Shown here in pieces: positions 1-8,843 of a DNA stretch of 36,552 bases. Numbering within the stretch: position 1 is the first letter of the stretch; each line of letters begins with the position of its first letter. The stretch covers positions 1-36,552 of the forward strand of contig JBDHKN010000055.1 in assembly GCA_039586365.1 (NCBI GenBank), read 5' to 3'. This DNA is from Gemmatimonadota bacterium (GTDB taxonomy: Bacteria; Gemmatimonadota; Gemmatimonadetes; Gemmatimonadales; GWC2-71-9). Below the pieces are notes generated by a model. It was not told where the DNA came from and ran no database searches. It saw only the letters and a list, made by a program, of their open reading frames with translations. The translations under genes were made by a program, and so were the position numbers.

Positions 1-123
1 GAACTGTGCGAGTGCCGCGACCACGAAAAGGAAGACGCGGCACCCGACGACGACGAAATCTCAGTCGAGCCTCAGCTGCAGAGTACCCTCGCTAGCCTGG
101 TGACGTTGGAGTCACCCGGATGA
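1..123 (+). CDS. 3' end of a CDS entering the window (acidic C-terminus), product unknown
   Basis: Frame 1 is open from base 1 to TGA at 121-123: ELCECRDHEKEDAAPDDDEISVEPQLQSTLASLVTLESPG*. Confidence 0.45.
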   Translation, partial: ELCECRDHEKEDAAPDDDEISVEPQLQSTLASLVTLESPG

Positions 124-415
124 GTCCCTCGCCGACGCTCAGCCAGGTTCCAATCTTGGAACCCTTGAATGCCCGCTTGCAGGCAGGGACTTGTCTGAGA
201 TCAGCAGTCCGAGCGCGGCGCAGTGATGAAAGGGGCACAGCTGCGAGGGCGAAGCATGGCAGGATTGCGACGGCCGGTGAGCGATCAAGCAGAGACAGTA
301 CGGCCCACGCACCGATATATGCCGTCAGAGTCGGACCAGCCAGCCAGAATTCGGGCGGACGGCCTGCTCGGGTCAGCGCGGTTGGGGAACTTCATACGCT
401 GTTTCTGGGGCTGCC

Positions 416-1216
416 GTGCAGGTTCTAGCCGCAATTCACGCGTCTCTGGTATGCCAACTGGAGCGCGCAGCTCGCCACCGGTTCGAATTTCAGGTGGTGA
501 GTGCGTGGGATGAGGCCGTTGACGCAATCCTGCAACGGCCGATCGAGATGGCAGTTGTGGATCCAGGTCTCTGCGGCGAGGTGCGGGCTCAGGACATTGA
601 GAGGCTACGGCTGTTGTTTCCGTCGTTGCCGTTGATCCTGTACACACGGCTCTCTCCCGACCTCCCACCGACGCTGCTGCGACTCGGTAAGGCAGGTGTC
701 ACCCAGGTTGTCGTTGCCCATTACGACGACCATCCGAGCCAGTTGAGCGATCTGTTGGCAGCCGAGACAGCCCGCGCAGTGTCTCATCGGTTGATCGACT
801 CGATTGGAGACCTGCTGGCCGAGTGCCCAGTGGAGCTGCGGTGGGCTATTGAGACTGTCATCCGGGAACCCACATCCGTGCAGTCGGTACAGGAGCTGGC
901 TCGCCGAGCCCGCATGGATCGCCGCACCTGTCTACGTTGGTTCGCCCGTGCTCAACTGCCTCCCCCAAGTGTGATGCTGGCAGTATTGCGTGCCGTGTAC
1001 GCTCACCGTCTGCTGCAGGATCCCGGCTACAACGTGGAGGATGTCGCAGCGAGGCTCGGATATGCGCAGACCAGGACGTTCGCACAAAATGTGAAGGAGA
1101 TTCTTGGAATGACTCCGGGAGAGCTGAGAGTCTCGCTGAGCCCGGATCAGGCTCTCGCGATCGTGAGGGATCGATACTTCAGCCGACCCAGTCGAGTTCT
1201 TGCCGGTGCCTCATGA
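416..1216 (+). CDS. AraC-family transcriptional regulator with receiver-like N-terminal domain
   Basis: C-terminal double HTH (SVQELARRARMDRRT...; YNVEDVAARLGYAQTRTFAQNVKEILGMTPGELR). N-terminal CheY-like pattern (EMAVVDP...PSLPLILYT). Confidence 0.85.
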   Translation: MQVLAAIHASLVCQLERAARHRFEFQVVSAWDEAVDAILQRPIEMAVVDPGLCGEVRAQDIERLRLLFPSLPLILYTRLSPDLPPTLLRLGKAGVTQVVVAHYDDHPSQLSDLLAAETARAVSHRLIDSIGDLLAECPVELRWAIETVIREPTSVQSVQELARRARMDRRTCLRWFARAQLPPPSVMLAVLRAVYAHRLLQDPGYNVEDVAARLGYAQTRTFAQNVKEILGMTPGELRVSLSPDQALAIVRDRYFSRPSRVLAGAS

Positions 1217-1614
1217 GAGGAATCTCCATTCTCGTTGTTGAACGCGAAGCAGACACACGGCGGTCCTTGGGAGAAGAGCTGGCGCATCTTGGCCATCGAG
1301 TAACCACGGCCAGCTCTGCTGAGGAGGCATGTGAAATCCTAAGGCACAGCGACGTGGACATCATTCTCATGAACCCACGAATGCCAGCCATGTCCGGTCA
1401 GACTCTGTATCACATCGTCATTAGTATGTGGCCGGGATTACGGTTCCGGTTCGCTGTCATGAGTAGTGATTCCAATGTGAGCGATCTGGAGCCGTGGCTC
1501 AAGCTCTACCGAGTCCCGGTCATCAGGAAGCCAGTCGAGCTGCGCGAGATCCAGGCTCTGCTGGCGGAACTGACTGCGGACGAGCCGCGGGAGGCAAACG
1601 GGGAGCATCGATGA
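1213..1614 (+). CDS. Single-domain response-regulator receiver protein, atypical (Asn at the phosphoacceptor position)
   Basis: ATG at 1213 overlaps the upstream stop (ATGA). Sequence ILVVERE...GHRVTTASSAEEA...DIILMNPRMPAMSG...VIRKPV fits the CheY fold. Confidence 0.85.
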   Translation: MRGISILVVEREADTRRSLGEELAHLGHRVTTASSAEEACEILRHSDVDIILMNPRMPAMSGQTLYHIVISMWPGLRFRFAVMSSDSNVSDLEPWLKLYRVPVIRKPVELREIQALLAELTADEPREANGEHR

Positions 1615-2285
1615 CGACCGCCGGCTCCCAAAGTGATCCTCTTGCTGTATTACGTGAATACCGCCAGCTAGCGCCTTGGAACCTCCATGACCTGGCGCAG
1701 GTCGCCAGCGCCATACTCGAGGCATCCAGCATACGTCCCATCAATACTGCGGCGAGCGCTCGTCCCAACCAACGCACCATCAGATTCTACGTGACACGAG
1801 GTTTAGTGACTCCACCGGACGGGCGCGGAACGGCCGCGACTTACACTTATCGCCATCTTCTCCAAGTACTGGGTATCAAGCTCCGGCAGATGGAAGGTGC
1901 GACGCTTGCCGAGATAGCGGTGGAGTTAGGTCAGACCACTGGTGATATCCTTGAACGGCGTGTTGCGGCGGCACTGGGGCCGACTCTTCCGACTCCAACG
2001 CTCCTGCCACTGGGTGACCCGGACAGACCAGCTCTTGGTAGGGCCGGTCGAGTCCTGCAGAACCGACTCACCGCAGGCTCATCAAGACACCTCACGGAAG
2101 AACCGACCGCAGCAGTGCGCAGCACTTGGCATCGGATTCCTATCTCCCGGGGAATCGAGCTTCATGTGAAAGCCGATCACCCTATTGCTCGACTGAACAG
2201 TCATCAAGCCCAGCTTGCCGAAGCAGTGCGCTTGGCAATCGGCCCAATCGTGGGCCCGTCGAACACTTCACATGCGGACGTATGA
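1611..2285 (+). CDS. MerR-type HTH DNA-binding protein
   Basis: ATG at 1611 (ATGA overlap). RTIRFYVTRGLVTPPDGRGTAATYTYRHLLQVLGIKLRQMEGATLAEI is a MerR wHTH; C-terminal WHRIPISRGIELHV segment. Confidence 0.85.
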   Translation: MTTAGSQSDPLAVLREYRQLAPWNLHDLAQVASAILEASSIRPINTAASARPNQRTIRFYVTRGLVTPPDGRGTAATYTYRHLLQVLGIKLRQMEGATLAEIAVELGQTTGDILERRVAAALGPTLPTPTLLPLGDPDRPALGRAGRVLQNRLTAGSSRHLTEEPTAAVRSTWHRIPISRGIELHVKADHPIARLNSHQAQLAEAVRLAIGPIVGPSNTSHADV

Positions 2286-2404
2286 TCTGACTTCGGGCGG
2301 AACACAGACCTCCGTTCCCAGGACTAGACTTCCCAATTGATGAAGAGAAGACAAGCTCTTCGTCTACAACTGCCCCGCTCTGCTATCGGGGTCGAGGTAC
2401 GCAA

Positions 2405-2995
2405 ATGATGAACTGGCTGTTTCTGATCGTGATCGCTACAGTCGTAGTGTGGGCCATATCGGCTTACAACAAGCTGATTGCACTCAAGGGAGAAACGGTG
2501 AACGCCTGGAAACAGATCGACGTTCAACTCAAGAGGCGCCATGATCTGATCCCCAATCTCGTGGAGGCGGTGAAAGGGGCTATGGAATTCGAGAGAGAGA
2601 CGCTGGAGGCGGTCATTCAGGCCCGCAACCAGGCTGTCAAGATCCAAGCCGACACGCTTCCCACTGCCGGAGTCCAGCAGCTCGCTGCTGCAGAGGCGGC
2701 TCTGTCCTCTGCTCTGGGCAGACTCAATGTCGTGGTTGAGCGATATCCCGACTTGAAGGCAACGGGAAACGTCGCCCAGCTACAAGAGGAACTCACCTCA
2801 ACCGAGAACCGCGTGTCCTTCGCTCGACAGCTCTATAACGACACGGCCACAACCTACAACGTCAAACAGCAGCAGTTTCCGTGGAATCTTGTGTCCGGAT
2901 TCGCCAAGGCCGAGATCGTCGAGCTTTGGGAAATAACCGACGAGCAAGAACGCGAGGTACCCAAAGTCGATTTGTCGATGAAGCCGAAGCAGTGA
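2405..2995 (+). CDS. lemA: LemA family protein
   Basis: N-terminal TM helix; YNKL...AWKQIDVQLKRRHDLIPNLVE; VERYPDLKA; ELTSTENRVSFARQLYND. Confidence 0.95.
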   Translation: MMNWLFLIVIATVVVWAISAYNKLIALKGETVNAWKQIDVQLKRRHDLIPNLVEAVKGAMEFERETLEAVIQARNQAVKIQADTLPTAGVQQLAAAEAALSSALGRLNVVVERYPDLKATGNVAQLQEELTSTENRVSFARQLYNDTATTYNVKQQQFPWNLVSGFAKAEIVELWEITDEQEREVPKVDLSMKPKQ

Positions 2996-4035
2996 GCGCG
3001 ACGAATCTATTCGAGCAACAACGGGCCAACCGCCGCCGCTCAGCGATCCTCGTAACGATCTTCCTGCTCTTCTTCGCGTGGATCGGGTTTGGGGGCGACG
3101 TCATCTTCAACTTGTACACAGCCGAAGCACCGCCCGGCAGTTATCACCACGTAATTCCTTGGCTGGGCATTGCTGCAACGATGCTGGCTGCAGGCGTGGC
3201 TTGGCACAGTTGGAAGAACGGAGCAAAGCAAGTCCTCTGGGCTACGGGTGCGTGGGAGCTAGTTGAGGCATCACGACCTGAGGAGAAGGTACTGGTGAAC
3301 GTCGTGGAAGAAATGGCGATTGCCTCCGGTACTCCCCGCCCCACCATCTGGATTGTGCCTGACAAAGACCCCAACGCCTTTGCGACAGGAATCGATGTGA
3401 GCCGATCCCACGTGGCGGTCACGGAAGGACTGTTGGACAAACTAAACCGCGACCAACTCCAAGCAGTCGTAGCGCACGAGATCGCCCACATCCGAAACCA
3501 CGACGTCAAATTGATGACGCTCCTCGCAGCGTTGGTAGGGGTCATGGCACTCATCGCTGAGGGAACGAGTCGCGTCATATGGTACGGGGGCGGGCGCGGG
3601 CGCGGGCGTGGCATCAGCGGGAGGAGTGGTGGGGGCGGGAAGAAGGGTGGTGCCGGTGCACTCATTGTCATCTTGCTGGCAATATGGATCATCAGTGTGA
3701 TCCTCGCGCCGATTGTATCCAGACTGCTTGCACTAGGGGTGAGCCGGAAACGCGAATTCCTCGCCGATGCTACTGCGGCACAGTTTACGCGTAATCCGGC
3801 CGCATTAGCTTCCGCCTTACGTACAATTGAAGACGCCTCTGCGCCGACCACATCAGTCAAACGCGGGACTGCTCACCTCTGCATCGCTGACCCACTCGGC
3901 CGCCGGCTCACACAGAAGCAGGGCATGGTGGCCAATCTAATGGCAACCCACCCACCGATGGCTCTACGTGTCGCGCGCCTCAAAGCCATGGCATACCAAT
4001 ATGAAAGAACGGGTGTGATCCCGGAGGAAGTCTGA
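2992..4035 (+). CDS. htpX: M48-family membrane zinc metalloprotease (HtpX-like)
   Basis: GTG at 2992 overlaps the lemA stop (GTGA). PNAFATG, AHEIAH zinc motif, SRKREFLADA, THPP...R. Classic lemA-htpX pair. Confidence 0.92.
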   Translation: MSATNLFEQQRANRRRSAILVTIFLLFFAWIGFGGDVIFNLYTAEAPPGSYHHVIPWLGIAATMLAAGVAWHSWKNGAKQVLWATGAWELVEASRPEEKVLVNVVEEMAIASGTPRPTIWIVPDKDPNAFATGIDVSRSHVAVTEGLLDKLNRDQLQAVVAHEIAHIRNHDVKLMTLLAALVGVMALIAEGTSRVIWYGGGRGRGRGISGRSGGGGKKGGAGALIVILLAIWIISVILAPIVSRLLALGVSRKREFLADATAAQFTRNPAALASALRTIEDASAPTTSVKRGTAHLCIADPLGRRLTQKQGMVANLMATHPPMALRVARLKAMAYQYERTGVIPEEV

Positions 4036-5504
4036 CTCCGTCGCTCGGCTACTGGGGTCTACTCGGTGCCGCAGCTCTCTTAACTAGCACCCTGGTTCTC
4101 TGGACCGTCCGCGGAACTCGCCGTGCAATCCAACGGCGGTTGGATCGAATGGTGCTTCGGGTGGTTCACCATTTCCAATTGCGACTCGAGCGTTACAAGC
4201 TCGTCAGCAAGCGAGCGGTGCGCGATGATCTGCTGAGAGATCGTGCTGTCAAGAAGGCGATTGAGGAGCATTGTCGAGTGCACGGCCTGAGCGATACGGA
4301 AGGGAGTGCACTAGTCGAAGACTACGTGAACGAAATCGTACCGTTCTTTGATGTTCTGTCATACTACAAGCTCGGATACAACATTGCCCGGCTGATCCTG
4401 AGTCTGTTGTATCGGGTGACCTCAGAATACCAAGATATTGAGTCTCTGAAGCAGATTCCCAAGAGCGACGTTGTCATCTACTTGATGAATCACCGCTCCA
4501 ACGCGGACTACGTGGTCGTCGCGTACGTCTTGGCGCACGGCGTCAGCATCAGCTACGCGGTGGGCGAGTGGGCACGTGTGTGGCCCCTGGAGTATGTGTT
4601 CAAATCATTCGGTGCATACTTCATTCGGCGTGGCTTCAGAGAACCGCTCTATCACAAAGTGCTTGAGCGATACGTTCAGCTGATCACCCGCAACGGCGTT
4701 ACACAGGGGATATTCCTCGAGGGTGGCCTCACCCGCAACGGATCGTTGCAGCCGGCGAAACTTGGACTCCTGGACTACAGTGCCCGCGTGGTGCTCGAGC
4801 CTGGTTTCCAACGCGACATCTGGTTAGTACCGGTGGCAATCAACTACGATCGGGTGCTGGAAGACAGAGCCCTGACAAGGGAGCTGATTGATGAACAAGA
4901 GAGGCCCGGTCGCTGGCGTCAGCTAACCACCGTGCTGCAGTACCTGCTGTTCAACTTCGTTCGGCTCATCACTGGCAACTTGAAGCGGTACGGCAAGGCA
5001 GCCGTCAACTTCGGGACCCCGTTGTCGATCCGGGGATGGAGCGTGCAGAATCCGGGTGTGCTTGAGAATTCCCGAGAGGACCGCCTGTCCCAACTGCAAG
5101 AATTGGCTGACGAAATCATGAGCCGTATTGCCACGATCATGCCCATAACGCCAGTACCCTTGGTCGCGGCGGCGCTTCTCTCGTTCGGTGAAACCCTGAT
5201 CGGACGGGACGAATTACTGGACCGCATCGATGAGTATCGCGACCATTTGTGCAGGAGCGGCGGGAAATTGGTACGAGAGGAGCAGAGAGCTGAAGCAATA
5301 ATGGACCGAGCCTGGCGCATGCTCAGGATGCGCCGCCTCGTGGTCAAAGACGGCGCTTACTACGTCATTCTGCCACGTCAGAGACCTCTGCTGGAGTACT
5401 ACGCTAACTCAGTCACGCACCTCCTGCCCGAGCAAGCCAAGCGACGTCCGATGCACCCTGCTCATGATAGAGACCCGTCGCTGGCACGGTTGCGTGGAGG
5501 GTAG
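4032..5504 (+). CDS. Glycerol-3-phosphate acyltransferase (PlsB/GPAT-like)
   Basis: NHRSNAD (HxxxxD), FGAYFIRR, FLEGGLTRNG, PVAINYDRVLE motifs. The ORF track starts at TTG 4140, but the frame extends upstream through a hydrophobic segment to CTG 4032, so the start is uncertain. Confidence 0.85.
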   Translation: MTPSLGYWGLLGAAALLTSTLVLWTVRGTRRAIQRRLDRMVLRVVHHFQLRLERYKLVSKRAVRDDLLRDRAVKKAIEEHCRVHGLSDTEGSALVEDYVNEIVPFFDVLSYYKLGYNIARLILSLLYRVTSEYQDIESLKQIPKSDVVIYLMNHRSNADYVVVAYVLAHGVSISYAVGEWARVWPLEYVFKSFGAYFIRRGFREPLYHKVLERYVQLITRNGVTQGIFLEGGLTRNGSLQPAKLGLLDYSARVVLEPGFQRDIWLVPVAINYDRVLEDRALTRELIDEQERPGRWRQLTTVLQYLLFNFVRLITGNLKRYGKAAVNFGTPLSIRGWSVQNPGVLENSREDRLSQLQELADEIMSRIATIMPITPVPLVAAALLSFGETLIGRDELLDRIDEYRDHLCRSGGKLVREEQRAEAIMDRAWRMLRMRRLVVKDGAYYVILPRQRPLLEYYANSVTHLLPEQAKRRPMHPAHDRDPSLARLRGG

Positions 5505-5605
5505 GTCGTCTGAAGCCTGCTACGAGGAACAAATGACCCAGTCCCTGCACCGCTGCCTGCATCGCCCCTACTGCCCGTGCGCCGTTCCACGCTCTAGCTT
5601 CCAGT

Positions 5606-6604
5606 ATGCCTCCAACCGATATACCTAGTCTCAAGCCGGCCCAACGCGTCCAAGATGCGTTTCTGGTCTTAGACGTTGAGCTGCGAACGCTCGAGACTGG
5701 CGAAGCATTCACAATTCTCCGGCTGGGCAACAGCACTGGGGAGATTGCCACCGAGCCCTTCTGGCCGACGAGACAGGACGAAGTCGCTGGAGTCAAGAAG
5801 GGACACCCGGTACATGTGGTCGGCGAGGTAGGAACGTACCGCCAGAAGAAGCAGGTCAGGGTTTCATCAATACGCGTTTTACCCAAGGACACTCTGGATC
5901 TCACCGCATTCCTCCCGACGGTAGGTCCGGTTGGCCGATACTGGGATACCATTGACGGATGGCGGCGGAGCATCGTGAAACCCCGTTTGACGGGGGTTCT
6001 CGATCTCTTCTTTGATGACGATAAGTTCCGCCATCGATTTGAGCTTTGTCCTGCGAGCATACGCGGTCATCACGCCCAGCTGGGTGGACTTCTGAAGCAC
6101 ACCACGGAGGTTGCGGCGATCGCACGGGCCATATCCCGTACTTCTGGAGCCGACCACGATGTCGTGCTTGCGGGAGTACTGCTTCACGATATTGGCAAGC
6201 TCGAGGCATACAGCTGGGACGGGGCTTTTGACTACACGATTGCTGGATCTCTGTTGGGACACGTTGTTCTGGGCTCACTCATGCTCGACCAGAGGCTCCG
6301 GCTTGAAGCCAAACCCCCATGCACGGAAGAGGAAGAGTGGCTGCTGGTGCACATGATTCTGTCTCACCACGGCCGGCTGGAGTACGGCAGCCCTGTGCAA
6401 CCTATGACGCTGGAGGCGGAGGTGCTCCATTGGGCCGACAACGCAAGCGCGAAGAGCGCCAGTGTAGCAGACGCGATCCGAGACGCCGACAACTTCCTGG
6501 AGGGGTCGATCTCAAGACCTCAGTGGACGCTCGACCGGCGTCGGGTATACCGTCACGGTTGCGATTGGGGCTCCGTTACGGACGACCGATCACCTAGCGC
6601 ATAA
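5606..6604 (+). CDS. YhaM/Cbf1-like 3'-5' exoribonuclease (OB fold plus HD domain)
   Basis: N-terminal OB fold (LRLGNSTGEI...VHVVGEVGTYRQKKQVRV). HHAQLGGLLKHT, LLHDIGK, LLGHVVLG, ILSHHGRLEYGSPVQPMTLEAEVLHWAD are typical YhaM motifs. Confidence 0.9.
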   Translation: MPPTDIPSLKPAQRVQDAFLVLDVELRTLETGEAFTILRLGNSTGEIATEPFWPTRQDEVAGVKKGHPVHVVGEVGTYRQKKQVRVSSIRVLPKDTLDLTAFLPTVGPVGRYWDTIDGWRRSIVKPRLTGVLDLFFDDDKFRHRFELCPASIRGHHAQLGGLLKHTTEVAAIARAISRTSGADHDVVLAGVLLHDIGKLEAYSWDGAFDYTIAGSLLGHVVLGSLMLDQRLRLEAKPPCTEEEEWLLVHMILSHHGRLEYGSPVQPMTLEAEVLHWADNASAKSASVADAIRDADNFLEGSISRPQWTLDRRRVYRHGCDWGSVTDDRSPSA

Positions 6605-6803
6605 CACGCTCCAGGGCGCGTTCTGACTCAGCAATTTGCTCCAACGCCGTACCTATGAGCAGCTTCTCACCCAACCCCATACAGCATCCTCCCGCGGCGA
6701 GACGCAGGGAGCAGCGGACCGCATCAAGCGCCCGCCACAATTCATCAATTGCTGCCAGGCGGACCGCGTCTTCAGATTCCGGCATGGTGTACCAAGGCGC
6801 CAT
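6594..6803 (-). CDS. Small hypothetical helical protein (~69 aa)
   Basis: MAPWYTMPESEDAVRLAAIDELWRALDAVRC...ERALERVMR fills the gap between the yhaM-like gene and archease. On the minus strand it is preceded by CTGACC-N17-TACTTT-N6-ATG (leaderless promoter pattern). Confidence 0.55.
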   Translation of the reverse strand: MAPWYTMPESEDAVRLAAIDELWRALDAVRCSLRLAAGGCCMGLGEKLLIGTALEQIAESERALERVMR

Positions 6804-6867
6804 GTTACGAAAGTAGTGGTAAGAGGGTCGGCGGTCAGGGCATTCTACCGCTTCCGTGGCACGAATA

Positions 6868-7281
6868 ATGACGCACCGGTTTCTTCCCCATACTGCAGAC
6901 GTTCTGGTGGAGCTTGAGGCAGCTACACTTGGCGAGTTGCTCGAAGAAGCGACCGAAGTCACCCGCAGACTCCTAGTGGGACGCACAGCGGTTGCTTCCA
7001 CTCATGGAACGGCCGTCCGGCTGACGGCATCCAGCGCCGATGAGCTCCTGCACCACTACGTGCGAGAACTCCTGGCCGAATTCCAACTCCATGGGTTCGT
7101 GCCCGCACGTCTGGAGGCACGCGAGGTGAGTCCAACTCGACTAGACGGTTTGGTCTTCGGAGAACAGTTCGACGAGAGGAAGCATGAAACTCAGCCAGAA
7201 GTGAAGGCCGTCACCAGACACGAACTTCGGGTTGAACAGACCGCATCTGGATGGTTGGCCACGATGGTGCTGGACCTGTGA
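6868..7281 (+). CDS. Archease
   Basis: N-terminal HTADV, C-terminal EVKAVTRHELRV...WLATMVLDL. Directly upstream of rtcB. Confidence 0.95.
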   Translation: MTHRFLPHTADVLVELEAATLGELLEEATEVTRRLLVGRTAVASTHGTAVRLTASSADELLHHYVRELLAEFQLHGFVPARLEAREVSPTRLDGLVFGEQFDERKHETQPEVKAVTRHELRVEQTASGWLATMVLDL

Positions 7282-7323
7282 CACGGGGCGGGACTCGCAA
7301 CGATCCCGACGTATATTCCTGTC

Positions 7324-8772
7324 ATGCCGCCTACGGGCCAAACCGAAGTCGAACGAATCGATGCCTACCGCTGGAGGGTGCGACGTACCGGCGGGATGCG
7401 AACGGACGGATTGATCTTCGCTGATGACGAGCTGATGCACGATCTCGAAGGTGATCAGTGTGTGCAGCAGGTCGTGAACGTAGCTCATCTACCTGGCATT
7501 GTAGGACCGTCTATCGCTATGCCCGATATCCACTGGGGCTACGGTTTCCCGATCGGAGGTGTTGCCGCTTTCGACATGGACGACGGGGTGATCTCACCCG
7601 GCGGTGTAGGGTATGACATCAACTGTGGCGTCCGCCTACTGAGAGCGCCACTGCTCATTGACGAACTACGTCCTAAGTTGCGATCGCTGGTCGACAAGCT
7701 CTTCAACAGCATCCCCTCCGGCGTCGGCTCTTCTCGCTCCGATCTGAAGTTGTCGGGCAAGGAACTCGACCGAGTACTTGATCAAGGAGCTGAATGGGCG
7801 GTGTCGCAGGGCTTTGGCCCGAAGCTCGATCTCGAGTGCATCGAGGCGGGAGGACGGTTGGACGCCGATCCAGACTGCGTCAGCCAACGTGCCAAAGAGA
7901 GGGGTCACAATCAATTGGGCACGGTCGGAAGTGGCAATCATTTCGTCGAGGTCGGGTACGTCGCTGAAGTGTACCAGCCGCAGACCGCAGCTCGACTCGG
8001 ACTAGGCCAAGGCACTGTCACTGTCTTCATTCACTCCGGTTCCCGAGGTCTCGGGTACCAGGTTTGTGACGATTACCTCGACACAATGGTGCAGGCGTCA
8101 CACAAATACGGAATCGAGCTCCCAGACAAGCAGCTCTGCTGTGCGCCGCTCTCGAGCCCTGAAGCGAGAGCCTATCTTGGCGCAATGAACGCAGCTGCCA
8201 ACTATGCGTTTGCGAACCGACAGTTGATGAGCTACTACGCGCGTCGGGCACTCGCTGAGGTGTTCTCGCCAGAAGTGGCTGAAAAGACGGATTTGGTCTA
8301 CGATGTCGCGCACAACATTGCCAAGTTCGAGACGCACGATTTCGGCGGTGATCGACGCAGAGTCTGCGTGCATCGCAAGGGGGCCACGCGAGCCTTCCCC
8401 CCAGGACACCCCGAGCTCAATGACCGCTATCGTGACATTGGTCAACCCGTATTGATACCCGGCGACATGGGGAGGTACTCCTTCGTTCTCGTGGGAACCG
8501 ATCGGGCCTACAATGAGACTTTCGGCTCGACTTGCCACGGGGCAGGCAGGCGCATGAGCCGACACCAAGCACGGAGACATGCCAGGTCGCGCAACATATC
8601 GAGAGAGCTGGAGGAGCGCGGAATCCTGATCCGCGCTGCCAGTCGGCGCACGGTAGATGAGGAGATCCCTGAGGCCTACAAAGACGTGGCGAAGGTTGTG
8701 GACGTTGTTGATGCCGCTGGAATCGGGAAAAAGGTGGTTAAGCTCAGACCGGTCGCCGTAGTGAAGGGATAG
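7324..8772 (+). CDS. rtcB: RtcB RNA ligase (3'-phosphate or 2',3'-cyclic phosphate to 5'-OH), long archaeal-like type
   Basis: MPDIHWGYGFPIG, GVGYDINCGVR, GSGNHF, HSGSRG, HN, HRKGATRAF, PGDMG, STCHGAGR (guanylylated His) and AYKDV are all intact. Confidence 0.97.
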   Translation: MPPTGQTEVERIDAYRWRVRRTGGMRTDGLIFADDELMHDLEGDQCVQQVVNVAHLPGIVGPSIAMPDIHWGYGFPIGGVAAFDMDDGVISPGGVGYDINCGVRLLRAPLLIDELRPKLRSLVDKLFNSIPSGVGSSRSDLKLSGKELDRVLDQGAEWAVSQGFGPKLDLECIEAGGRLDADPDCVSQRAKERGHNQLGTVGSGNHFVEVGYVAEVYQPQTAARLGLGQGTVTVFIHSGSRGLGYQVCDDYLDTMVQASHKYGIELPDKQLCCAPLSSPEARAYLGAMNAAANYAFANRQLMSYYARRALAEVFSPEVAEKTDLVYDVAHNIAKFETHDFGGDRRRVCVHRKGATRAFPPGHPELNDRYRDIGQPVLIPGDMGRYSFVLVGTDRAYNETFGSTCHGAGRRMSRHQARRHARSRNISRELEERGILIRAASRRTVDEEIPEAYKDVAKVVDVVDAAGIGKKVVKLRPVAVVKG

Positions 8773-8798
8773 TGTGGCGCCCCCGAGTTCCACGTTTC

Positions 8799-8843
8799 AA
8801 AAAAGAAGACGGCGGGCTCACTCTAACGAGCAGCCCGCCGTCT
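8799..8843 (-). terminator. Rho-independent terminator for a minus-strand transcript
   Basis: Perfect 12-bp inverted repeat AGACGGCGGGCT (8807-8818) / AGCCCGCCGTCT (8832-8843), followed on the minus strand by UCUUUUUU (plus-strand A-tract 8799-8804). Confidence 0.85.

Noticed and set aside
120..415. Short ORFs 120-428, 223-513 and 285-668
   Set aside because: No motifs, and they overlap the better-supported AraC gene; probably promoter or UTR sequence.
3580..3660. Gly/Arg-rich repeat-like segment in htpX
   Set aside because: A low-complexity cytoplasmic loop at this position is common in HtpX proteins.
6857..6871. Sigma54 promoter (TGGCACG) for archease-rtcB, as in RtcR-regulated operons
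   Set aside because: The -12 position reads ATGA rather than TTGC and overlaps the start codon; no rtcR in the window.
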